Below are positions 7,712-16,200 of a stretch of DNA of 45,323 bases, one piece after another; the stretch's first letter is position 1, and every line of letters starts with the position of its first letter. The notes beneath the pieces were generated by a model, which saw only the letters and a program-made list of their open reading frames with translations, had not been told where the DNA came from and did not search any database. Origin of the DNA: a virus; IMG/VR virus record IMGVR_UViG_3300037714_000078, positions 1 through 45,323 of that record; one strand, written 5' to 3'. A program made the position numbers and the translations under genes.

Positions 7712-8053
7712 CGGGCACCTTCATCACAGGCCAGACGATCAACGGGGACCAGGCGATCTTCGCGCATCAAGGAAGGTCACTTCCCGGACATCGGGTACCC
7801 CACCCATGACGAGTTCCTGTACTTCGTGGTCAACGTGATGCTGGATGGCGTGGCTCTGGTTGGCGAGCCGGCCATCTTGGTCAGCCTGACATCCGATCGT
7901 GAAGACGGGCGGCTGCGTAGTGCGATGCACTGGCCCCGGCTGGTGTGGCACCCCGAGGACCACGCCTACCACTCCGAGGCCATCGCCCCAGATGACGAGG
8001 AGAACCCCCGTCTTGAGCACATGTTCGTCTACTCGCTGGGAGCAGCCAGGTGA
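7708..8053 (+). CDS. hypothetical protein whose coding signal switches frame (+1) near 7762; either one frameshifted or indel-containing gene, or two ORFs (7708..7809 and 7826..8053)
   Basis: GC3 is high in the frame of ATG 7708 up to about 7762. It then collapses there and is high in the +1 frame (22 of 25 codons end in G/C over 7763-7837). That frame has no ATG, GTG or TTG before GTG 7826. Confidence 0.5.
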
Positions 8054-8063
8054 GCAGACAGGG

Positions 8064-8099
8064 AGAGAGGCCGCACTCACGGGTAAGCGCGGCCTCTCT
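8064..8099 (+). terminator. stem-loop downstream of 7826..8053
   Basis: AGAGAGGCCGC (8064-8074) pairs with GCGGCCTCTCT (8089-8099), giving a 14-nt loop. There is no U tail. Confidence 0.5.
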
Positions 8100-8216
8100 G
8101 GGGGGCAGGTATGGAACCAACCGCGTCGAGCGTACCACCTTCATGGTCCTCAAGGCCGTGAGCTGGGTCGCGTTCGTAGCGGTGTGTCTCGTCCCCGCTT
8201 TGGTCATCCTCTGGGG

Positions 8217-8246
8217 TTGACACAGTGTCATTACCACCGATATCCT
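8217..8246 (+). promoter_or_regulatory. sigma70-like promoter TTGACA-18-TATCCT with the TTGACAcagtGTCA motif
   Basis: -35 at 8217-8222 and -10 at 8241-8246. A 74-nt leader containing a 9-bp hairpin (8256-8264 / 8281-8289) precedes ATG 8321. Confidence 0.6.
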
Positions 8247-8320
8247 GGTGATCCCGGTGGCGAGCTGGATCCCAAGCAGTCTCGCCACCGGCCGCCATTC
8301 CGACGACAAAGGACCAACGA

Positions 8321-8842
8321 ATGCACATCCAGATCAACACCGAGCAGCCGCTCACCGAGATCGACCTCGCCGTGCTCCGCGCACTAGCCGGCACGACCGC
8401 CACTGAGGCCCTGCCCCGGGAGGTTATCGAGGAGGCCCCGAAGAAGCGGACCACCCGGAAGCCGAAGGTCGTCGAAGCTCCAGAGGAGCAGGAGGTGGCC
8501 AAGGTGAAGGCTTGGCCCGAGTTGAGTCGAGCGGAAGAGGCCAAGGCCAGGGCTGAAGCCGAGCAGCAGGACGCTGAGAAGATGGCCAAGCAGGCTGTCG
8601 AGGAGCCGCCGGCCAAGCTGGTCTCCGTTCCGGACCCCGAGCCCGTCGTCGAGCCGCTCCCCAGTCCGAAGGATCTGATCGAGGACGCCGCCACCCGGGC
8701 GACCCAGCTCATCCGCTCCGGCAAGCGTGACAAGGTCAAGGGCATCCTCGACGGCATGGGCCTGGAGAAGGTCACCGCGCTGAAGGACAACCCCGAGAAG
8801 GTCCAGGACTTCCTCGACCGGATCAGCGAGCTGGAGGGCTGA
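8321..8842 (+). CDS. hypothetical protein, Glu/Lys/Pro-rich (173 aa)
   Basis: Track ORF with an AAAGGA RBS. It is the first gene of the recombination/replication block. Confidence 0.7.
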   Translation: MHIQINTEQPLTEIDLAVLRALAGTTATEALPREVIEEAPKKRTTRKPKVVEAPEEQEVAKVKAWPELSRAEEAKARAEAEQQDAEKMAKQAVEEPPAKLVSVPDPEPVVEPLPSPKDLIEDAATRATQLIRSGKRDKVKGILDGMGLEKVTALKDNPEKVQDFLDRISELEG

Positions 8843-10038
8843 TGCACGCGGTCCTGTCACCCTCATCGGCCGAGAGGTGGGTGACCTGCCCCGGCTCGGT
8901 GAGGCTGATCAAGCAGGCCGAGGCTGACGGGCTCGCGGTCGACCGGGACAGCGTCTACGCCGCCGAGGGTACGCTGGCGCACACCGTCGCCGAGATCAAG
9001 GCCGGGCTGGCCTACGGTCTCCTCCCGCCGAAGGCCGCCGAGGTCCGCCTGGACGCGGCCCGTCGCGAGGCCGAGGCCCACGACTGGGACTTCGAGGAGA
9101 TGGTCCTCCACGCCGCCTCGTACGTCGCGCTGATCGACTCGCTGACCGAAGGTCGGGAGAATCCGCAGCTCCTCACCGAGCAGCGTGTCCAGACCGGGAT
9201 CACCGGCTGCTGGGGCACCGCCGACGCCTCGATCATCGGGCTGGACGGGATCCTCGACGTCATCGACTACAAGTACGGCGTCGGAGTCATCGTCGAGGCG
9301 GTGGAGAATCCGCAGGCCATGCTCTACGGGCTCGGCGTGATGGACATGATCGCCTACCTCGATGACATCGAGGTCGTGCGCCTGACCATCCACCAGCCCC
9401 GGGCAAAGACCGGCGACCCGGTCAGCACCTGGGTGGTCTCCGCACGAGACCTACGGGAGTGGCGTGAGGCGGTGGCACGGCCCTCGGCCGCGCTGGCCCT
9501 GTCAGACGACGGCTTCCTGCAGCCCTCGGAGAAGGGCTGTCGTTGGTGCCCCGTGGCCGGGACGTGCAAGGCGCGTATGGAGTTCGTGACCAAGCGCGCC
9601 TTCGGCTCCCCCGACCTGATGACCCCCGAGGAGATTGCCGAACAGCTCGACGAGGTGGACCACATCACCGACTGGGCCAAGGCGCTGAAGGACACCGCGC
9701 TGAAGCTCTCCTACGAGCGCGGCGTGGAGATCCCCCGGTGGAAGGTCGGCCGAGCGGCTGGCCGCCGTGCGGTGGCCGACATGGACCGCCTCGTCACCCG
9801 CCTGCGCCGCGCTGGCTTCGGCTCACGGCAGACCACGAAGAAGGCGCTTCTCACCCTCGGCGAGCTGGAGAAGCTCGTCGGCGGCCGCAAGGTCCTCGAC
9901 GACCTGGCCGGAGACGCCATCACCAAGGGTCAGGGCTCTTTGTCCCTCATCCCCGCAGACGACCCGCGAGACGGGTTGACCTCGACGCAAGAGGCGTCCG
10001 AGGTGTTCAGCACGATCGACACGAAGGAAACGAAATGA
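8842..10038 (+). CDS. Cas4/RecB-like PD-(D/E)xK exonuclease (DUF2800-type)
   Basis: N-terminal SPSSAERWVTCPGS, the core DVIDYKYG, and a C-terminal Cys cluster CRWCPVAGTC. It is followed by a DUF2815-like SSB gene. Confidence 0.75.
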   Translation: MHAVLSPSSAERWVTCPGSVRLIKQAEADGLAVDRDSVYAAEGTLAHTVAEIKAGLAYGLLPPKAAEVRLDAARREAEAHDWDFEEMVLHAASYVALIDSLTEGRENPQLLTEQRVQTGITGCWGTADASIIGLDGILDVIDYKYGVGVIVEAVENPQAMLYGLGVMDMIAYLDDIEVVRLTIHQPRAKTGDPVSTWVVSARDLREWREAVARPSAALALSDDGFLQPSEKGCRWCPVAGTCKARMEFVTKRAFGSPDLMTPEEIAEQLDEVDHITDWAKALKDTALKLSYERGVEIPRWKVGRAAGRRAVADMDRLVTRLRRAGFGSRQTTKKALLTLGELEKLVGGRKVLDDLAGDAITKGQGSLSLIPADDPRDGLTSTQEASEVFSTIDTKETK

Positions 10039-10568
10039 CCCAGGTAACCACCGGCAAGGTCCGGCTCTCCTACCCCCACCTCTTCGAGCCGAAGGCGCGC
10101 GACCCGAAGAAGCCGGACGAGAAGAAGTACAGCGCGATGCTGATGATCCCCAAGTCCGACACCGCGACCATGGATCGTATCTGGGCAGCCGAGGAAGCGG
10201 CCAAGCAGGAAGGCAAGTCGAGCAAGTGGGGCGGAAAGATCCCGGGCAACCTGAAGCCCTCGATCATCAAGGACGGCGACGACACGAGCGAGGACTACCC
10301 CGAGCGGGCTGGTCACTGGACGATGTCCGTCTCCTCGAACAACCAGCCTGGTGTGGTCGACCGTAACGTCCAGCCGATCATCAAGGAGTCGGACATCTAC
10401 GCCGGCTGCTACGTCCGGGCCGCGCTCAACGCCGCGCCGTACAACTTCGAGGGCAACAAGGGCGTGACGTTCTTCCTCAACCACATCCAGAAGTGGGAGG
10501 ACGGCGAGCCTCTGGGTGGTGTCACCCGGGCGGAGGACGTCTTCGAGGCCATCGAAGACCTCATCTGA
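10035..10568 (+). CDS. ssDNA-binding protein (DUF2815 / T7 gp2.5-like)
   Basis: MTQVTTGKVRLSYPHLFEP..., with an acidic C-terminus EDVFEAIEDLI. ATGA overlap with the exonuclease gene. Confidence 0.65.
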   Translation: MTQVTTGKVRLSYPHLFEPKARDPKKPDEKKYSAMLMIPKSDTATMDRIWAAEEAAKQEGKSSKWGGKIPGNLKPSIIKDGDDTSEDYPERAGHWTMSVSSNNQPGVVDRNVQPIIKESDIYAGCYVRAALNAAPYNFEGNKGVTFFLNHIQKWEDGEPLGGVTRAEDVFEAIEDLI

Positions 10569-10581
10569 TCCAACAGACGTG

Positions 10582-10624
10582 GGGCCGGACTCGTGCGATG
10601 GGGGCGAGTCCGGCCCTTCTTTCT
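10582..10624 (+). terminator. rho-independent terminator
   Basis: GGGCCGGACTCG (10582-10593) pairs with CGAGTCCGGCCC (10605-10616), followed by TTCTTTCT. Confidence 0.85.
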
Positions 10625-10635
10625 ACCCCAGATAC

Positions 10636-10664
10636 TTGACAACGTGTCACAGACGCGAGAGGAT
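10636..10664 (+). promoter_or_regulatory. promoter candidate TTGACAacgtGTCA ... GAGGAT
   Basis: -35 at 10636-10641. After a 17-nt spacer comes a weak -10, GAGGAT, 6 nt before ATG 10671. There is no SD. Confidence 0.45.
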
Positions 10665-10670
10665 CACCAC

Positions 10671-10958
10671 ATGAGCGACGAGACGCGACCACAGCCGGAC
10701 CCGAAAGCCGGAGTGCTGGTCTACGGGTGGAGCACCGCGATCAGGCCCGTCGGGTACGAACACCCGGAGGTTCGCAAGTCCACCGAGGACCTGTGTCACC
10801 TCGTGCTGAAGAGCAAGACGGGGCTTGACCACGTGTGGGGAGAGTGGCGGTTTGTTCCCGAGTCCGACTGCGAGGACGAGACCGGAGAGATCCGTACTCT
10901 GCCAGCGCTGTGGGTCTACACCTGCGAAGCTCCGGGGCCTGAAGGGCTCACATCATGA
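10671..10958 (+). CDS. hypothetical protein (95 aa)
   Basis: ATG within track ORF 10593..10958, directly after the promoter motif. Confidence 0.65.
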   Translation: MSDETRPQPDPKAGVLVYGWSTAIRPVGYEHPEVRKSTEDLCHLVLKSKTGLDHVWGEWRFVPESDCEDETGEIRTLPALWVYTCEAPGPEGLTS

Positions 10959-11299
10959 CCGTACGACGAATTCCGACGAAACGAGGAGACATGACCCAGT
11001 TCGTGAAAGTCGACCTGGACGGCAAGGCCTACACCTACAAGTGGACCGGCTCGGTACCGCTGGAGCCCGGCGACCAGGTCGAGGTCCCCGGCAACGTGGT
11101 GAACACCGAGCCGAGCGTACGCCGCGTCCTGCGGGTCCTGGCCAAGCCGGACTACGAGGTGGCCAAGATCGTGGCGATCCTGTCAAAGGTGGAGAGCCGT
11201 CCGGAGCCCCACGACTGGGACGACCTGATCGGCGACCTCGGGGACGACGATTGGGGCTGGCACTCACAAGACGACGGCCACGCGACAGGGCAAAGCTGA
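10955..11299 (+). CDS. hypothetical protein (114 aa)
   Basis: Track ORF with an ATGA overlap. Confidence 0.65.
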   Translation: MTVRRIPTKRGDMTQFVKVDLDGKAYTYKWTGSVPLEPGDQVEVPGNVVNTEPSVRRVLRVLAKPDYEVAKIVAILSKVESRPEPHDWDDLIGDLGDDDWGWHSQDDGHATGQS

Positions 11300-11757
11300 T
11301 GGCCACCGTCCTCAACTACACCACCAAGATCGCCGCCTCAAAGACGATCGGCGAGGTGCAGACGCTGCTGGCCAAGCATGGCGCATCCCGAATTGCCGTG
11401 GACTACGACGACGGACAGCCGAGCGGGCTGACCTTCGCGCTCGTCACGCCGCACGGGCCGAGGTTGTTCACGCTCCCGGTCAACGTAGATGCCATGCACC
11501 GCCTTCTGGTCGCCGAGCACAAGGCTAAGCGAACGGGGAGCATGTCGGCCGCTGTCGCCACCTCTCGGGAGCACGCCGAGCGGGTCGCGTGGCGAGTAAT
11601 CAAGGACTGGCTGGCGGCTCAGTTGGCGCTCGTGCAGACCGAGATGGCCGCGCTCGATCAGGTGATGCTGCCCTACCTCCACGTGGACGGTGAGCGCACG
11701 ATGTACGCCGCCTACCGCGACCGGGAGAACGTGCTGGCGCTGGAGGAAGGCCAATGA
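11299..11757 (+). CDS. hypothetical protein (152 aa)
   Basis: ATG within track ORF 10825..11757, with a TGATG overlap. Confidence 0.65.
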   Translation: MATVLNYTTKIAASKTIGEVQTLLAKHGASRIAVDYDDGQPSGLTFALVTPHGPRLFTLPVNVDAMHRLLVAEHKAKRTGSMSAAVATSREHAERVAWRVIKDWLAAQLALVQTEMAALDQVMLPYLHVDGERTMYAAYRDRENVLALEEGQ

Positions 11758-11990
11758 CCGGCCTCATCCCTGACAAAGAGGTCTTCAAGCACGCCTGCCC
11801 CCCTGACCGTGGATGTGGTGCTCTGCCGAAGAAGCCGTGTCAGCCGTCGCGGAACTTCGGCATGCACTTCGCCCGGTGGGAGGCGGCGTACGAGGCGCTG
11901 CACGGCCGGCCGCCGCGCGTCGGTGAGTGGTCCGCCGAGAGCCAGGGAGTGCAGACCTTCAACAACGCCACGTTCGGGAGGTCGGCGTGA
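11754..11990 (+). CDS. hypothetical protein (78 aa)
   Basis: Track ORF with an ATGA overlap. Confidence 0.6.
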   Translation: MTGLIPDKEVFKHACPPDRGCGALPKKPCQPSRNFGMHFARWEAAYEALHGRPPRVGEWSAESQGVQTFNNATFGRSA

Positions 11991-12361
11991 CCAGCCGCCG
12001 GAGCAGCTCCAACGGCAACGAGAGCGGCTCGGCCGAGGATCGCCGGCGGCGAAAGCTCTGGCTGCTGGACACCTTCCGGGCTGACACAGACGCCTGGGTG
12101 TTCCGGTTCAGCCCTGACTACGATCCCCCGCTCGTCACCGAGCCGCACACCTGGCCATCCGCGACCCTGCTCAGTCCGTACACCCTGACCAAAGACGTGA
12201 AGGCCTGCCGGTGCTACCGGTGCGGGGCTCTGCTCATCTTCTGCACCCTCACCGTGGACCGGATCATCCCCGGGCGGAAGGGTGGGACCTACCGCCGCAA
12301 TAACATCCGGCCCGCCTGCGGAACGTGCAACTACGGTCATAACAGGAAGGCCCCGTCGTGA
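11987..12361 (+). CDS. HNH endonuclease
   Basis: CYRCG...LTVDRIIP...YRRNNIRPACGTCN matches the HNH/zinc-finger signature. GTGA overlap start. Confidence 0.8.
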   Translation: MTSRRSSSNGNESGSAEDRRRRKLWLLDTFRADTDAWVFRFSPDYDPPLVTEPHTWPSATLLSPYTLTKDVKACRCYRCGALLIFCTLTVDRIIPGRKGGTYRRNNIRPACGTCNYGHNRKAPS

Positions 12362-12477
12362 CCGCCTACGACAACGTCCACTACCGGCTGAAGGTGACGC
12401 GTGGACGAGCCGCTGAGCATGCTTGCATCGGGTGTAACCAGAAGATCAGCGGACACGAGGGATATGAGAATGTCTAG
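12358..12477 (+). pseudogene. 39-codon ORF resembling only the N-terminus of a second HNH-type endonuclease (truncated remnant?)
   Basis: Hand translation: VTAYDNVHYRLKVTRGRAAEHACIGCNQKISGHEGYENV. It ends in an unusually AT-rich patch (about 12455-12500) that also holds the polymerase start. Confidence 0.35.
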
Positions 12478-14308
12478 TAACTTTCTATACTGTGACATCG
12501 AGACGTTCAGCGAGGCCGACCTGAAGAAAGTCGGCGTCTACGCCTACGCCGCTGACCCGTCCTTCGAGATCCTGTTCTGCTGGTGGACCACCGACGGGGT
12601 GGAGTATCACCTCGCGGTGGGTGCCGAGGAGATCAGCGAGATCCCCGGGTTGTGGGACGTCGGGGTCACCAAGGTGGCGCACAACGCCCCGTTCGAACGG
12701 GTCTGTTTCTCGGAGATGTCTGGCTATCTCGGTGTGGCCAGCTCGCTCTCACGCTCCACTGCGGGCTACCTCGACCCCGACACAGAGACCTGGCTGGACA
12801 CCGCTGGCTGGGCTGCCTCGCTCGGCCTGCCCCGCAGCCTGGACAAGCTCGCTGCCGCGCTCGGGGTCGAGCAGAAGGACAGCGCTGGCACCCGGCTGAT
12901 CAACACCTTCTGCAAGCTCGTGCGGGGCAAGCGGATCCGCCCGGAGGACAAGCCACTGGAGTGGATCGACTTCCTGGAGTACGGCCGCCAGGATGTTGTC
13001 ACGCTGTTCCAGGTCCACCAAGGACTGATCGCCGAGGGCGAGTGGACCGCCTCCGAGCGGGGGATCTACTACGTCGACCAGGTCATCAACGACCGAGGCG
13101 TGGCCGTCGACCTGGAGACCGCGAAGGCCGCTGTCGCCGCTGGCGCGGAGAACCAGGAGGCCGCCTCGGAGGAGCTGTGCGGGCTGCTGAACATCGCCAA
13201 CGCCAACAGCGTCCAGCAGCTCACTGCAGGTCTGGAGTACGCCGGCCTGGAGGTACCTGATCTCCGCGCTGAGACGGTGGAGACCCTGCTGCGACGTACG
13301 GACCTAGCCACCGACCAGCGTCGGGCGCTGGAGCTGCGCCAAGAGCTGGCGCTGTCCGCCGCGAAGAAGTTCCAGGTGATGGTGGACGCGACGGTGGACG
13401 GACGCCTGCGGGGCTCGTTCCGCTACCACGGGGCGCACACCGGTCGCTGGGCCGGCGCGCTGTGGCAGCCGCACAACCTCCCCCGGCACATGGCCGAGCA
13501 TCCCGAGGCGGTGATCACGGACCTGATGCTGGGGCTCGGTGCCTCGCCGATGGACCTGAAGGGGACCATCCGCTCGGTCATCCTGCTCGACGGCGTGGCC
13601 GTGGACTACTCCTCGATCGAGGCTCGGATCATCGGCTGGTACGCCGGGGAGACCTGGCTCCTCGACGCCTTCCGCGCCGGCAAGGACATCTACGTCGAAC
13701 AGGCCGCGCTGATGGGCCCGCAGTATGGCCGCACCGACGGGAAAGTGGCCACGCTGGCTCTCGGCTTCCAGGGGGCGGTGGGAGCGCTGCAGGTGATGGG
13801 CGCGACCGGCTCCGAGGAGGAGCTGCTGCGGCAGGTGAAGGCCTACCGGAAGTCCAACCCCAACATCGTGCAGTTCTGGTACGACCTCGACGACGCGTTC
13901 AAGCGCGGCGGGGAGGCGGGCCGGATCCACGTCGAGCGGTTCGGCGACCGACGCCAGCACCGTCAGGTGTTCCTGCCCTCTGGCCGTGCGCTGACCTACC
14001 GCTCGGTAGCGGTGAACAGCGAGGGGGAGATCTCCTTCACCGATCACCGTGGCGTACGCACCTACACCTACGGCGGACGGCTCGCGGAGAACGCCACCCA
14101 GGCCGGGGCCCGTGACATCCTCGCCGGCGCGCTGGTACGGCTGCACAACGCCGGCTACGAGATCGTCGGCCACGTCCACGATGAGGCGTGGGTCCAGAAC
14201 ACCGACGACGTCGAGACGATCAGCAAGATCATGTGCGATCTACCGGAGTGGGCCGACGGCCTGCCACTCGCCGCCGAGGGAGCCACGATGAGGAGATACC
14301 GGAAATGA
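12470..14308 (+). CDS. family A DNA polymerase (Pol I-like) with 3'-5' exonuclease domain
   Basis: Exo I YCDIETFS, motif A VAVDYSSIEARI, motif B GKVATLALGFQG and motif C VGHVHDEA. ATG 12470 lies 7 nt after GAGGGA; an alternative ATG is at 12464. Confidence 0.9.
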   Translation: MSSNFLYCDIETFSEADLKKVGVYAYAADPSFEILFCWWTTDGVEYHLAVGAEEISEIPGLWDVGVTKVAHNAPFERVCFSEMSGYLGVASSLSRSTAGYLDPDTETWLDTAGWAASLGLPRSLDKLAAALGVEQKDSAGTRLINTFCKLVRGKRIRPEDKPLEWIDFLEYGRQDVVTLFQVHQGLIAEGEWTASERGIYYVDQVINDRGVAVDLETAKAAVAAGAENQEAASEELCGLLNIANANSVQQLTAGLEYAGLEVPDLRAETVETLLRRTDLATDQRRALELRQELALSAAKKFQVMVDATVDGRLRGSFRYHGAHTGRWAGALWQPHNLPRHMAEHPEAVITDLMLGLGASPMDLKGTIRSVILLDGVAVDYSSIEARIIGWYAGETWLLDAFRAGKDIYVEQAALMGPQYGRTDGKVATLALGFQGAVGALQVMGATGSEEELLRQVKAYRKSNPNIVQFWYDLDDAFKRGGEAGRIHVERFGDRRQHRQVFLPSGRALTYRSVAVNSEGEISFTDHRGVRTYTYGGRLAENATQAGARDILAGALVRLHNAGYEIVGHVHDEAWVQNTDDVETISKIMCDLPEWADGLPLAAEGATMRRYRK

Positions 14309-14739
14309 GCGACCACAAGAAGAACTGCGTGTTCTGCGACATCGTCGCTGGAGACGCACCCGCAACCGTGGTGGCCGAATGGGAGGATGCGCTCGCGATC
14401 GTCCCTCTTGGCCCCGTCGTGGAGGGTCACGTCTTAGTCATCCCCAAGGCCCACGTGAAGGATCTGGCAGACGACCCTCAGGCGACGGCAGCGACGATGC
14501 TCCGTGCATCCTCCTACGCCGCCCGTCACGACTCGGCCAACATCATCACGAGCATGGGTCGGGCCGCGACGCAGTCGGTGTTCCACCTGCACATCCATGT
14601 CGTACCTCGCGCCGAAGATGACCAGCTCATGGTGCCATGGGGAACGGTCTTCGGTGATGACCCGCAGGCACCACACTGGTGTCGCGTGGCCGCTGCTGAG
14701 CGCGCTCGTGCTGATCGCATCCAGGTCAACCCGCAATGA
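14305..14739 (+). CDS. HIT (histidine triad) family nucleotide hydrolase/transferase
   Basis: CVFCDIVAG...GHVLVIPKAH...VFHLHIHVVPR is the canonical HxHxHxx triad. The ATGA overlap couples it to the polymerase gene. Confidence 0.88.
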   Translation: MSDHKKNCVFCDIVAGDAPATVVAEWEDALAIVPLGPVVEGHVLVIPKAHVKDLADDPQATAATMLRASSYAARHDSANIITSMGRAATQSVFHLHIHVVPRAEDDQLMVPWGTVFGDDPQAPHWCRVAAAERARADRIQVNPQ

Positions 14740-14888
14740 CCGAGGCCCAGCAGATGTTGATCGCGGTGGCGATTGGCCTGCCGTTCATGATCGCCTGTGC
14801 GACCCCGATCATCCACGAAGAGGTGCTCCAGTTCTTCGAGGAGCGCCGCCGCCCACCCGCTCACAACTGCCAGTGCAGGAGAAGTTGA
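14736..14888 (+). CDS. hypothetical 50-aa protein with one hydrophobic segment
   Basis: Hand translation MTEAQQMLIAVAIGLPFMIACATPII..., with an ATGA overlap. Confidence 0.45.
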   Translation: MTEAQQMLIAVAIGLPFMIACATPIIHEEVLQFFEERRRPPAHNCQCRRS

Positions 14889-15019
14889 TGTACGTACCCG
14901 TCGACCGCACGGAGAACGACCCCCTGACCTTCCGCGAGGTGCTGCGGGAGTTCGAGCAGGAGCGCCCGCGCGACGAGCACGGCCGTTTCACCAAGAAGGA
15001 GAAGCCCAATGCCCGATGA
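14888..15019 (+). CDS. hypothetical 43-aa protein
   Basis: MYVPVDRTENDPLTFREVLREFEQERPRDEHGRFTKKEKPNAR, with a TGATG overlap. Confidence 0.45.
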   Translation: MYVPVDRTENDPLTFREVLREFEQERPRDEHGRFTKKEKPNAR

Positions 15020-15242
15020 CACAACCCCCTTCGCTGGGTACGAAAGCGCGGGGCAACAGATCGCCGCTTACATGAACCACGATCAGCAAGGTGTGGCCGT
15101 GTTCCTCGGTAACGGCGAAGTCGCGATCTACCACGACGACGGCGTTGTCATGGGGAACGCTTCTGAGTTGTCCGTCGTCCAGCGCACGGTAACGGTTGCG
15201 CGCCTGCGTGCTGTCGCCGACATGATCGAGGCGGGGGCATGA
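15009..15242 (+). CDS. hypothetical protein (77 aa)
   Basis: Track ORF. Confidence 0.6.
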   Translation: MPDDTTPFAGYESAGQQIAAYMNHDQQGVAVFLGNGEVAIYHDDGVVMGNASELSVVQRTVTVARLRAVADMIEAGA

Positions 15243-15622
15243 TCACTCACCGGCCTGAGCCCACCCGCCACGGGATGCACTGCACCTGCCGTGTCTTCTG
15301 CGGGCGCGGCATCGAGTCGTGGCGAGCACACCGCGACGACCTGCTGATCCTGCACCCGGGAGCTGACACCCTGGAGCGTGAGCACACCGCGACGACTCGG
15401 ATGACCGAGGGGCTGAGGGCTGCCGCTGAGGCGTACGCCCGCGCTTTCAGGAACATGGGGCGTGTAATGGCGCAGTTCGATCAGGCGCTCGCCGCGAACC
15501 TTCGACGCGGCAACGAGGCCCGTGCCCGACAGGCCCGCATCGACGCTGCACTGTTCCTCAACCGACCCGTCATCACCCCACCCGACATCGCCGACAAGCT
15601 GAAGGGAGTCACCGATGCCTGA
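15239..15622 (+). CDS. hypothetical protein (127 aa)
   Basis: Track ORF with an ATGA overlap. Confidence 0.6.
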   Translation: MITHRPEPTRHGMHCTCRVFCGRGIESWRAHRDDLLILHPGADTLEREHTATTRMTEGLRAAAEAYARAFRNMGRVMAQFDQALAANLRRGNEARARQARIDAALFLNRPVITPPDIADKLKGVTDA

Positions 15623-15863
15623 CGTCCCCACCGATGCGCCGCTGTCGACCCAGGACGACGAGACGTACACCAACGCCATCACGACAGTGGCTGGCGAGGT
15701 CGGGTTCCACATCGACGCACAGACCCGGGTCATGCTCAAGGAGGCCTTCGAGGCGGGCGAGAAATACGGGCGGGACGACATCATGGCCCCCAGCTTCGAC
15801 GAGTGGCTCGACGGGTTCATTGAGCGGAAACTTGACATACCGTCACAGTCTGAGGGACACTAG
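15615..15863 (+). CDS. hypothetical acidic protein (82 aa)
   Basis: Track ORF. Confidence 0.6.
   Translation: MPDVPTDAPLSTQDDETYTNAITTVAGEVGFHIDAQTRVMLKEAFEAGEKYGRDDIMAPSFDEWLDGFIERKLDIPSQSEGH
15832..15861 (+). promoter_or_regulatory. promoter candidate TTGACAtaccGTCA ... GACACT embedded in the 3' end of the upstream gene
   Basis: -35 at 15832-15837. After an 18-nt spacer comes a weak -10, GACACT, 6 nt before ATG 15868. Confidence 0.45.
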
Positions 15864-15867
15864 TCCT

Positions 15868-16200
15868 ATGACCGAAGCGAGCACCCGAACCGAGCCGACC
15901 GCCACCGAGCGGAAGGCACTCCAGCAGCTGAAGCAGATGTACCTGACCGGCGACGCCGTCCATGGCTTCGTGCGCAACCCGACCACGGTCCGCCTGCTCT
16001 CTGCGGTGCAGACCGCCGACGTGGCCAGCGGCTACACCGACCGAGCCAAGGGTGTGGCCACTCAGGTCCACCAGGCCGCCGGCGAGCTGATGGCCAGCCT
16101 GGACGCCAAGCCCATCGAGATCCTCGCCCGCCGCCGTACGTTGCTGCGTCGCCTGCGCACCGTCGAGATCCTCCAGATGAAAGCGCAGTGGTTCAAGTGA
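15868..16200 (+). CDS. hypothetical protein (110 aa)
   Basis: ATG within track ORF 15634..16200. Confidence 0.6.
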   Translation: MTEASTRTEPTATERKALQQLKQMYLTGDAVHGFVRNPTTVRLLSAVQTADVASGYTDRAKGVATQVHQAAGELMASLDAKPIEILARRRTLLRRLRTVEILQMKAQWFK

